Source: Paragordius varius
Lineage: Eukaryota; Animalia; Nematomorpha
Assembly: GCA_964247055.1 (NCBI GenBank)
Contig: OZ176053.1
Span: 11,656,001-11,720,000 of the forward strand
Length of the DNA: 64,000 bases
Reading direction: 5' to 3'
Shown here piece after piece: positions 50,501 to 63,038 of this stretch (positions are counted from its first letter, which is position 1; every line of letters begins with the position of its first letter). The translations under genes and the position numbers were made by a program. A model generated the notes under the pieces. The model was not told where the DNA came from. It did no database searches and saw only the letters and a list, made by a program, of their open reading frames with translations.

Positions 50501-53500
50501 TTTAGTGAAAACCGGTTAATTTATCGCTACCCCTGGTGTTATTTAAACCGAGCAATGAAATTTATGTAATGTGTGAACGCATTATTTTAAAAAATCAGGA
50601 TATATTTATTTAATATATATTATATTTATATTCCTTTGAATTATACCATATATTACGTATTTATAGTTACTGACGAACATGACGCTCCCCCTTCTTCATG
50701 TAACATTTCAATATGATTTAATATTTTCACACTTCGATTCAAATTGGGGTATCTAAATACCCCAGACTAAATTTAAACCAAAATTTTTAAAAAACTACTG
50801 AAGGAAACGGTCCCCATTTAAATTTATGCTTCTATCCTGATAATTAAATAAATATGCCAAAATATCTTGATAAAATTTTGTTTTGAAAAAAAAGTTCCAT
50901 CTCAAACTACTTCGACGCCATTTTTTTTACAAAATTTTTGCAAAATATCATCTTCATTTAATTTTAAGGGCAAAACTAAAGCAATTTTTTTATATAAATT
51001 ACATCTAACATTGATAGAAATGGAAAAAGCTGTTTATTTTGTATTATTTTTTAATTTTAAAATTTGACACATGTCACGTTGACGAAATTTTTACCTTTGG
51101 GTTTTAGCTCAAAATAAGTAATATTAAGTATTTTTGAATAAAATTTTTTATATATATCGGTTTATTAATGTTATATGAGTGCAAAATTTTGCCATGGGTT
51201 CGATTCCTTCCATACTTTTTAAAGTATCTGATTTTAAACAGGCCTGGGGTATCCAACTACCCCAATTTGAATCGAAGGACTAAAATGAGTGTGTTGTATT
51301 CAAGTGTTAAATATGCATATTTTTATAAAAATTTGGAATTTTCTTATACGAAACGTAAAAAACTAAAATGCGCATGTTTTAATTGATTTTTAAACTATTT
51401 TCCGTTCTGTAATTTAAAAAATGAATAACTAATTAAAATGTATCGAAATTGGCCGAAATGGTAACTTTGGTTATTTCAAATATTTTACAATAAATTATAA
51501 TTTTTTAAAGATAAAAAACTTGCATAAAATATTTTTTTTAAAAGACTGACATAACATAAGCCCTGTCTTCTTTTTCATAACCTGTTAATTATTAATGATT
51601 TCAAAGGTTTGTCACCAATTTAAATCTTTATTACATTTTTTTTGCAACAAAAACTATAGGTATAATGATAAATAAGGCTTAAAAACATGTAAAAAAGTAA
51701 TAGTTTTGATTATAATTTCAATTTTTAAATTTGCACAACTTTTTAATAAAATATTATCTTCCATTTTCCAATATTGTACCAACATACATAGATTTATCTT
51801 ATTAAATATAAGCAATAAAATTTTGATTTTAATAAGTGATGGTTTTTATAAAAAATTAGGATATATTTTTTATAATTTCGAAATTGAACTATTATATTAC
51901 GTATATATTAGCTGGATCAGTAATTAAGCCTCCCTTACCGCCAAGTAATTTTTATTATATATATTATCTCGATCAGCTGACCTTTTAAAAAATCAAATTT
52001 CGATATTTTTAAATTTAGATATTTATTTCATTATACATTAAAAATAAATTATGGATCAAAACAGGCTGGGAGGCAAGTTGAATCATAAAATATATGTAAC
52101 TTTACAAGATTGTTATATTTCAAAAGCATAAGCTCCATACTATTGAATTATGATTATTTTAAATTACCTTAAAAATAAAGACAAAGAGATAGACATAAGC
52201 CTGATTTTTTCTTTATAAAATAAAGCAGGGTTTCCCAATAATGGTTCATGGAGCTGACTGAAAGGCGAACCGCATAGATTATAGTTAGGGATTAATAGTT
52301 GTTTATAGTTAAAAGAAACTGTATTTTTTTTGAAAAATACAATCCGAAAAATTTATTTTTATGATGATAGTAATACTTCTAAAAATATACATTATATGAT
52401 CATTTAATATTTTTATTATATATTGTTGCAAAGCAAATTTATCAGTTTTTTTATAATTTTGAAATCGTACAAAAAGTGTCACATGGTTAAATGCTTTTGC
52501 CACAAATAATTAAAATTTTAACATATATTATTAAGTGTGTCACATAACAATTTATTTTCCAAAACGATAAGTTATATGTAAAAGGCTGGAAGGTCTAACT
52601 CTCTTTTTAAAATATAGTTCTTTAAGGTGTAATACTTTTGGTACTCAAATTAAAATTTTTATTGTATACGATTCCTGTTTAAAAATTAGATGGCCCTTAA
52701 AAGCCAACGTGTATTAAACGTTAATAATATATTATATATGGTGCTTTTATTTTTTTGCATGATTTTATCAGGTCCACTGGTTTTTACTAAATATATAATA
52801 ATATTTCGTACTTTAGATTCCACCGTAGCACCAGCAAGAGGTATGTTCATAAATGTTTATTTCAAAGATTTAAGCTTATTTTAGTCATCTAAACAAATAA
52901 ATGGGCGTATAATTTTACAGAGTTCAGCAAAGCGCATACTTAATTGATACTTTTATTTGTAAAATTGGCTAAAACATATTTAGCCTTTTCCGAATAAAAA
53001 GCAAATTTTGTAGGAGTGGTATAAAGACTAAATAAAAAAAGAAGCTTGACTTCAACTTTCAAAATAGTACCGGAAACTTTTTCTGTTACATTGAAGATTA
53101 TATTATGCATTATTATAGAAAAGCCAGAAACCAGAGGTATACATATATATTTAGTATAAATTATATTTATTTACAAAATATATTAAACCATTTTTGAGCG
53201 TAGTTAATATTGGGTCTTAATCATAATAAATACTTTTCGAACTTGTAACTTTGAGGGCATGTTAAAATAATCTTGCGACATTTTAAAATTTTTTTACCAA
53301 GTTTGTCGAAAATGTTAATTTATTTTCAGTATTTGTCTGTTTCATTCGTTTTTATTATGTTACATATAATTTTACTTTCACCGTAAACCCGATGAACCTA
53401 ATTCTAAAATATATGGATTAAATCATGTTAACCATTCTGATAAATAACCCATTTTATGACTTAATTTATTTTGATTTTAAAACACAATCTGTAAATGTTT

Positions 53501-56500
53501 AACAATGGAATTACATTAGGTAATTAATGACCATTACCAGGTGTAGTCATAAGTTATAAGCTAGACAAGAGAAGATGTGAGATAAAATAGGACGATTAAA
53601 TTGATACCCCCATTCGTTCCTCTAAAAACTACAAACGCCCAACATTTAGGTTCGCCAAAAAATAACGTATCATATATATCATTAAATATTCACATCGAAT
53701 TTTTTTCTGCAAAAAAAACACCTTCGGCGCATTGCTTTTCTATTATTTTCTCAGAAGAGAAATGATGTTGAAAGTCATCGTTTGGTAAAAACATATGGTG
53801 TTAACATGTGTGAAATATGTGAAACATGGGGTTCGAACATTTAAAAGTTGTGATAATGTAAAGTGACTGGTCGCTCAGTAAATCTCACTGCGAAGACGAT
53901 AAATCCAGGAGTTATTAATGATGATCAACTCAAACCCATAACTATTACTTATATGACAAACAATAATCAGTAGCGTCTATGAGCAATTGGAAAGATTTAA
54001 ACTCGTTAAATGGATCTTTCATAATTTGTATATACGCCACTCAAAGTGACTTGTATAATCTTGCGTCAACTTCACGGAAGAAAATCATTTTTGCCTCGAG
54101 TAACAATTTAAGAGAAGTGGCTTTCTATATCCAAAGTGGAAAAATCGTGGCGTTCACCCCAAGCCGCAACACTAAGGCCTAATCGCTTCGGCAAGAAATC
54201 ATGTTGTGTAGTAATATTATTATGTACTATGAACTTTAAATCCCGGCATTTTACAGACACCTTTATTAATAATAAATGATTGATTTAAACCATGCAGTAG
54301 AAAAACGACCGGAACGCGCGCAGAGTGTATTCCTCAATACAATACTACGTCTCACACAGCAAACCAGTGAAGAAGGCTTAAAAACACTTTGAAGGAAATT
54401 CTTCCGTATCAGCTAGAGCTCTTGTGGCCTGGTGACATTCGATTATTACCACTTTGCATCAATCAACATCAGCCGCAAATCACTTTAATAATTTCCAAAA
54501 TAAAATGGTTGACGATGTTTGGCCACGAGACAATCAGTTTTTCTGACACGGCATCTGTATATTACGTGTAGAGATGGGCAAAATGCGTAGAAACGGATGA
54601 ACAATATTGAGAATATATTAGTAATGGATTTTCTGTCCAAACAATTTTGTTAGTGAAAACCGGTAAATTTATCGCTACACCTGGTGTTATTCAAACCGAG
54701 CAATGAAATTTATGTAATATGTGAACGCCTTATTATAAAAAATCGGGATAAATTTATTTAATATATATATTATATTTAAACCATATAGTGGCTCCTCCTC
54801 CTTCATGTAATTTTTCAATATAAATTAATATTTTAAATATGCATATTTTTTAAAAATTTGGAATTTTTATATAAAAAAATGCAAAAAAGTAAAATGCGCA
54901 TGTTTTAATTATTAAATTTTTTGCTCTGTAATTTAAAAAATAAATAATTTAAATGTATCATAATTGGCCAAAATGGATTAAACTTTGGTTATTTTAAATA
55001 TTTTACAGTATTTATTCATATCTTCCGTTTTCTATTATTGTACCAACATACATCTATATATTTATAAAAATGGGAAATGCTGGCTTATCTGTTTCCGGAA
55101 AACCGGTAAACCCATTCAAATCCTAATATTAAAAATAAATAATCTTTAATAAATGCCCCGACAATAGCTTCGCCCTTTTTTTGAATTAGACCCCCAGTTC
55201 GGGCCCACCCCGTGTAAAAAACGGTTTTTTTTGCAAACTAAGTCCACAAAAATCGTGTCTTTGAGACAATTTTCCGGATAACCTGTTGGACCATTCGATT
55301 TCAAATATGATTTTTTTTTACTTATTTTCGATTGCGCCGAACATAGTCGGCTCGCTTTTTTAATTTCGGCCCTCTTTATACCCACTCCCCCCGGGTAATT
55401 AAATTTATGTAATGTGTGAACGCCTTATTTTAAAAAATTGGGATATATTTATTTAATATATTATATTTATATTCCTTTTTCAATAAACCATATAGTGGCT
55501 CCTCCTCCTTCATGTAACTTTTTAATATGAATTATTATTTTAAATATGCATATTTTTTATATTTGGAATTTTCATGTAAAAAGAAATGCGAAAAACTAAA
55601 ATGTGCATGTTTTTAATAACTTTACACTATTTTCTGTTCTGTAATTTATTAAATAAATAATTAACAATGTATCAAAATTGGCCAAAATGGATTAAACTTT
55701 GGTTATTTCAAATATTTTACAGTAAAAATTAAATTTATTAAGACAAAACGTGAATATAAATTTTTTCCCATGAGACAGCCATTATAAGCCCTGTCTTCTT
55801 TTTCATAACCTATTAATTATTAACGATTTCAAATTGCTTAGGTTTGTCCCCAATTTAAATCTCTATTACTTTATTTCGACACCGAAAACGATAGGCTAGA
55901 ATAAAAAATAAGGCTTAAAATACATGTAAAAAAGTAATAGCTTTGCTTATAATTTCAATTTTCGAATTCGGTTCACAACGTTTTAATAAAATATTATCAT
56001 CCATTTTCCAATTATCGTACCAAAATAGATATTAATTTATATAACTAAATATGAGCAATAAAGTTTTGATTTTGATAATATGGTTTTTATAGAAAATTAG
56101 GATATATTATTTATAATATTTTGAAATTGAACTATTATATTACGTATATATCAGCTGGATCAACTCAGCCTCCCAAACCGACAAGTAATTTTCATATTAT
56201 TATCTCGGTCCGCTGAGCTTTTAAAAAATATCAAATTTTGATATTTTTGAATTTAGATATTTATTTTCAACAAATATACATTAAAATAATTTATGGATCA
56301 AAACAGCCTGGGAGACGAGTTGAATTAAACAATATATGTAACTTTAAAACATTGTTATATTTTAAAAGCTTAAACTCCATACCATTGAATTATGATTATT
56401 TTAATTACCTTAAAATTAAACACAAAGAGATAGACACAAGCCTGATTTTTTCATTATAAAATAAAGCAGGTTCCCAATACAAATGCACGGGGCTGACGAA

Positions 56501-58062
56501 AAGGCGAACCGCATAGATTATAGATAGTTAGGGATTAGTAGTTGTTTATAGTTAAAAGAAATTGTATTTTTAAAAAATATACAATTTGTAAAATTTACTT
56601 TTTATGATGATAGTAATACATCTAAAAATAAACATTATTTGATTATTAAATATTCTTATTATTATACATTGTTGAAAAGCAAATTTAGAATCCGGTTTTT
56701 TGTCAATTTTGAAAATGGTACAAAAAATGCAGATGGTTAAATGCTTTTGCCACACATAATTAAAATTTTAAAATATATTATCAAATGTGTCAAAACAATT
56801 TATTTTCCAAAACGATAAGTTATATGTAAAAAAGGCTGAAAAGTCTAACTCTCTTTTTAAAAAATATATTTCTTTAAGGTATAGATTGGTAATAGATTTT
56901 CAAAATTATTGGGAAATTGTTTAAATTGTTTCAGTTTATTAACGAAAAAATAACCAGATACTCAGGCTCAAAGTTATAATATATGAATCTAAGGGTGATT
57001 TGGCCAAAATATAATTATCAAACCGTATTATAGCTTATACAGTTTTATTTTACATTTGTTTAACACACTTACCAAAATTTACAAACAGTTGATCATAACC
57101 AAATACTTTGCGGTATCAAAATTAAATTTAAAATAACCTAACCTATGTTAGATGCCAGCCAGTACTTTAAATATTAATTTTTACGACAAAACATTTAGAT
57201 ATTTTTACACAAATATTTTGCCATATTATACTAAACCTAATCACTCTCAAGTAAAAAATTGCCTAAAATCTAATGAATCCTTAAATATGGTTTATATACC
57301 ATTTACAGTTGAAATCACCCTCGAATAATTCAAATCCACCCTAAAATAAAGAAGTGTTTTTTCACATTAAACCTTTTTTTTATATTTTTAAATATAAAAT
57401 TCTGTTTAAAATTAATATAATGCTGAAAAAATAATAAACAATGAGTAAAAATATGTTTTTATTAATGAATAGTTATATTAGCCCAAAAACACATAATTTA
57501 CTTTTAGGGTAGATTTGAATTGTTCAAAGGTGAATTAGAATTGTAAATTGTATATCATCAACATTTGAAATTATAAAAACGCCATGAATAATTTTGAATG
57601 AAACGATTTTTAAAAGATTTCGATATTGAAAAATTTACGTCATATTAATCTATTGTGATGACTATTTTTGTTTTGGGATTCATTAACTTGGTTTTTACTA
57701 AATATATAATAATATTTCGTACTTTAGATACCACCGTAGCACCAGCCAGAGGTATGTTCAGAAATGTTTATTTCAATGATTTAAGCTTATCTTAATCATC
57801 TAAACAAAAAATGGGCGTATAATTTTACAGAGTTAGGCAAAGCGTATACTTAATTGATACTTTTTTGTAAAATTGGCTAAAACATATTTAGCCTTTTCCG
57901 AATAAAAAGCAAATTTTATAGGAGTGGAATAAAGACTAAATAAAAAAAGAAGCTTGATTAGGATCGCCTCTTATGCATGACTTCAACTTCTCAAAATAGT
58001 ACCGGAAACTTTTTGTTACATTGAAGATCATATTATGCATTATTATAGAAAACCCGGAAACC

Positions 58063-58101
<39 letters not shown>

Positions 58102-61100
58102 GTATAAATTTATATTTATTTACAAAATATATTAAACCATTTTTGAGCGTAGTTAATGTTGGGTCTTAATCATAATGAATACTTTTCGAACTTGTAACTT
58201 TGAGGGCATGTTAAAATAATCTTGCGACATTTTAAATTTTTTTTACCAAGTTTGTCGAAAATGTTAATTTCAGTATTTGTCTGTTTCATTCGTTTTTATT
58301 ATGTTACATATAATTTTACTTTCACCGTAAACCCGATGAACCTAATTCTAAAATATATGGATTAAATCATGTTAACCATTCTGATAAATAACCCATTTTA
58401 TGACTTAATTTATTTTGATTTTAAAACACAATCTGTAAATGTTTAACAATGGAATTACATTAGGTAATTAATGACCAATACCAGGTGTAGTCATAAGTTA
58501 TAGGCTAGACAAGAGAAGACGGAGCGAAAATAGGACGATTAAATTGATACAGACCCCATTCGTTCCTCTAAAAACTACAAACGCCCAACATTTAGGTTCG
58601 CCAAAAAATAACGTATCATATATATCATTAAATATTCACATCGAATTTTTTTCTGCAAAAAAAACACCTTCGGCGCATTGCTTTTCTATTATTTTCTCAG
58701 AAGAGAAATGATGTTGAAAGTCATCGTTTGGTAAAAACATATGGTGTTAACATGTCTGAAATATGTGAAACATGGGGTTCGAACATTTAAAAGTTGTGAT
58801 AATGTAAAGTGACTGGTCGCTCAGTAAATCTCACTGCGAAGACGATAAATCCAGGAGTTATTAATGATGACTCAACTCAAACCCATAACCATTACTGATA
58901 TGACAAACAATAATCAGTAGCGTCTATGAGCAATTGGAAAGATTTAAACTCGTTAAATGGATCTTTCATAATTTGTATATACGCCACTCAAAGTGACTTG
59001 TATAATCTTGCGTCAACTTCACGGAAGAAAATCATTTTTGCCTCGAGTAACAATTTAAGAGAAGTGGCTTTCTATATCCAAAGTGGAAAAATCGTGGCGT
59101 TCACCCCAAGCCGCAACACTAAGGCCTAATCGCTTCGGCAAGAAATCATGTTGTGTAGTGTTATTATTATGTACTATGAACTTTAAATCCCGGCATTTTA
59201 CAAACACCTTTATTAATAATAAATGATTGATTTGAACCATGCAGTAGAAAAACGACCGGAACGCGCGCAGAGTGTATTCCTTATTTCAATATTCCGTCTC
59301 ACACACCAAACTAGTGAAGAAGCCTTAAAAACACTTTGAAGGAAATTCTTCCGTATCAGCTAGAGCTCTTGTGGCCTGGTGACATTCGATTATTACCACT
59401 TTGCATCAATCAACATCAGCCGCAAAGCTCTTTAATAATTTCCAAGATAAAATGGTTGACAATGTTTGGCACGAGACAATCAGTTTTTCTGGCACTGCAT
59501 CTGTATATTACGTGTAGAGATGGGCAAAATGCGTAGAAACGGATGAACAATATTGAGAATATATTAATGATAGGTTTTCTTTCCAAACATTTTTTTAGTG
59601 AAAACCGGTTAATTTATCGCTACACCTAGTGTTATTCAAACCGAGCAAATGAAATTTATGTAATGTGTGAACGCCTTATTATAAAAAATCGGGATAAATT
59701 TATTTATATATATATATTATATTTAAACCATATAGTGGCTCCTCCTCCTTCATGTAACTTTTCAATATAAATTAATATTTTAAATATGCATATTTTTTAA
59801 AAATTTGGAATTATCATATAAAAAAATGCAAAATAAAATGCGCATGTTTTAATTCATTTTTAATTTTTTGCTCTGTAATTTAAAAAATAAATAATTTAAA
59901 TGTATCATAATTGGCCAAAATGGATTAAACTTTGGTTATTTTAAATATTACAGTATTTATTTATATCTTCCATTTTTTAATATTGTACCAACAAACATCT
60001 ATATATTTATAAAAATGGAAATGCTGGCTTATCTGTTTCCGGAAAACCGGTAAACCCATTCAAATCCAAATATCAAAAATATATAATCATTGATAAATGC
60101 CCCGACAATAGCTTCGCCCTTTTTTTGAATTAGGCCCCCAGTTCGGGCCACCCCGTGTAAAAAACGGTTTTTTTTGCAAACTAAGTCCACAAAAATCGTG
60201 TCTTTGAGACAATTTTCCGGAGAACCTGTTGGACCATTCGATTTCAAATATGATTTTTTTTTACTTATTTTCGATTGCGCCGAACATAGTCGGCTCGCTT
60301 TTTTAATTTCGGCCCTCTTTTTACCCGCTCCCCCCGGGTAATTAAATTTATGTAATGTGTGAACGCCTTATTTTAAAAAATTGGGATATATTTATTTAAT
60401 ATATTATATTTATATTCCTTTTTCAATAAACCATATAGTGGCTCCTCCTCCTTCATGTAACTTTTTAATATGAATTATTATTTTAAATATGCATATTTTT
60501 TATATTTGGAATTTTCATGTAAAAAGAAATGCGAAAAACTAAAATGTGCATGTTTTTAATAACTTTACACTATTTTCTGTTCTGTAATTTATTAAATAAA
60601 TAATTAACAATGTATCAAAATTGGCCAAAATGGATTAAACTTTGGTTATTTCAAATATTTTACAGTAAAAATTAAATTTATTAAGACAAAACGTGAATAT
60701 AAATTTTTTCCCATAAGACAGCCATTATAAGCCCTGTCTTCTTTTTCATAACCTATTAATTATTAACGATTTCAAATTGCTTAGGTTTGTCCCCAATTTA
60801 AATCTCTATTACTTTATTTCGACACCGAAAACGATAGGCTAGAATAAAAAATAAGGCTTAAAATACATGTAAAAAAGTAATAGCTTTGCTTATAATTTCA
60901 ATTTTCGAATTCGGTTCACAACGTTTTAATAAAATATTATCATCCATTTTCCAATTATCGTACCAAAATAGATATTAATTTATATAACTAAATATGAGCA
61001 ATAAAGTTTTGATTTTGATAATATGGTTTTTATAGAAAATTAGGATATATTATTTATAATATTTTGAAATTGAACTATTATATTACGTATATATCAGCTG

Positions 61101-62694
61101 GATCAACTCAGCCTCCCAAACCGACAAGTAATTTTCATATTATTATCTCGGTCCGCTGAGCTTTTAAAAAATATCAAATTTTGATATTTTTGAATTTAGA
61201 TATTTATTTTCAACAAATATACATTAAAATAATTTATGGATCAAAACAGGCTGGGAGACGAGTTGAATTAAACAATATATGTAACTTTAAAACATTGTTA
61301 TATTTTAAAAGCTTAAGCTCCATACCATTGAATTATGATTATTTTAATTACCTTAAAATTAAACACAAAGAGATAGACACAAGCCTGATTTTTTCATTAT
61401 AAAATAAAGCAGGTTCCCAATACAAATGCACGGGGCTGACGAAAAGGCGAACCGCATAGATTATAGATAGTTAGGGATTAGTAGTTGTTTATAGTTAAAA
61501 GAAATTGTATTTTTAAAAAATATACAATTTGTAAAATTTACTTTTTATGATGATAGTAATACATCTAAAAATAAACATTATTTGATTATTAAATATTCTT
61601 ATTATTATACATTGTTGAAAAGCAAATTTAGAATCCGGTTTTTTGTCAATTTTGAAAATGGTACAAAAAATGCAGATGGTTAAATGCTTTTGCCACACAT
61701 AATTAAAATTTTAAAATATATTATCAAATGTGTCAAAACAATTTATTTTCCAAAACGATAAGTTATATGTAAAAGAGGCTGAAAAGTCTAACTCTCTTTT
61801 TAAAAAATATATTTCTTTAAGGTATAGATTGGTAATAGATTTTCAAAATTATTGGGAAATTGTTTAAATTGTTTCAGTTTATTAACGAAAAAATAACCAG
61901 ATACTCAGGCTCAAAGTTATAATATATGAATCTAAGGGTGATTTGGCCAAAATATAATTATCAAACCGTATTATAGCTTATACAGTTTTATTTTACATTT
62001 GTTTAACACACTTACCAAAATTTACAAACAGTTGATCATAACCAAATACTTTGCGGTATCAAAATTAAATTTAAAATAACCTAACCTATGTTAGATGCCA
62101 GCCAGTACTTTAAATATTAATTTTTACGACAAAACATTTAGATATTTTTACACAAATATTTTGCCATATTATACTAAACCTAATCACTCTCAAGTAAAAA
62201 ATTGCCTAAAATCTAATGAATCCTTAAATATGGTTTATATACCATTTACAGTTGAAATCACCCTCGAATAATTCAAATCCACCCTAAAATAAAGAAGTGT
62301 TTTTTCACATTAAACCTTTTTTTTATATTTTTAAATATAAAATTCTGTTTACAATTAATATAATGCTGAAAAAATAATAAACAATGAGTAAAAATATGTT
62401 TTTATTAATGAATAGTTATATTAGCCCAAAAACACATAATTTACTTTTAGGGTAGATTTGAATTGTTCAAAGGTGAATTAGAATTGTAAATTGTATATCA
62501 TCAACATTTGAAATTATGGAAACGCCATGAATAATTTTGAATGAAACGATTTTTAAAAGATTTCGATATTGAAAAATTTACGTCATATTAATCTATTGTG
62601 ATGACTATTTTTGTTTTGGGATTCATTAACTTGGTTTTTACTAAATATATAATAATATTTCGTACTTTAGATACCACCGTAGCACCAGCCAGAG
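47526..62694 (+). CDS. Symmetric phase-1 micro-exon array (Pro/Ser/Thr-rich tail), probably the 3' continuation of the orphan gene
   Basis: AG/GT-bounded exons, all 3n: 47526-47543 (xEETEK), 50667-50699 (xTDEHDAPPSS), 51912-51944 (xGSVIKPPLPP), 52817-52840 (xSTVAPAR), 53119-53136 (xKPETR), 54789-54806, 55496-55513, 59736-59753, 60439-60456 (xAPPPS), 56155-56184, 61098-61127 (xGSTQPPKPT), 57728-57751, 62671-62694 (xTTVAPAR). No stop exon seen in the window. Confidence 0.65.
47568..49983 (-). mobile_element. Decayed IS630/Tc1-family DNA transposon with TA targets and a duplicated arm
   Basis: ta|cagtcatgtagac at 47568; matching right ends at 49598 and 49983 (ctacatg[g/a]ctg|ta). Minus strand ~48830-48430 reads TLYKIFKILNYTRKR...RNS...IYYLDES (IS630/Tc1 linker and first D). 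Confidence 0.75.
50730..51306. mobile_element. Inverted copy of the TTAA-target MITE
   Basis: ttca|cacttcgattc ... caagtg|ttaa; paralogous positions (e.g. ~54826-54842, aatattttaaatatgc) lack the insert. Confidence 0.75.
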
Positions 62695-63007
62695 GTATGT
62701 TCAGAAATGTTTATTTCAATGATTTAAGCTTATCTTAATCATCTAAACAAAAAATGGGCGTATAATTTTACAGAGTTAGGCAAAGCGTATACTTAATTGA
62801 TACTTTTTTGTAAAATTGGCTAAAACATATTTAGCCTTTTCCGAATAAAAAGCAAATTTTATAGGAGTGGAATAAAGACTAAATAAAAAAAGAAGCTTGA
62901 TTAGGATCGCCTCTTATGCATGACTTCAACTTCTCAAAATAGTACCGGAAACTTTTTGTTACATTGAAGATCATATTATGCATTATTATAGAAAACCCGG
63001 AAACCAG

Positions 63008-63038
<31 letters not shown>

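Noticed and set aside
53541-53552. ag|GTGTAGTCATAA|gt, a 12-nt symmetric micro-exon candidate
   Set aside because: It is the mariner left TIR and the donor is weak.
56958-56972. 15-nt symmetric candidate exon (xTQAQ; also 61901-61915)
   Set aside because: Weak gttata donor and no older paralogue showing constraint; left out of the model pending cDNA.
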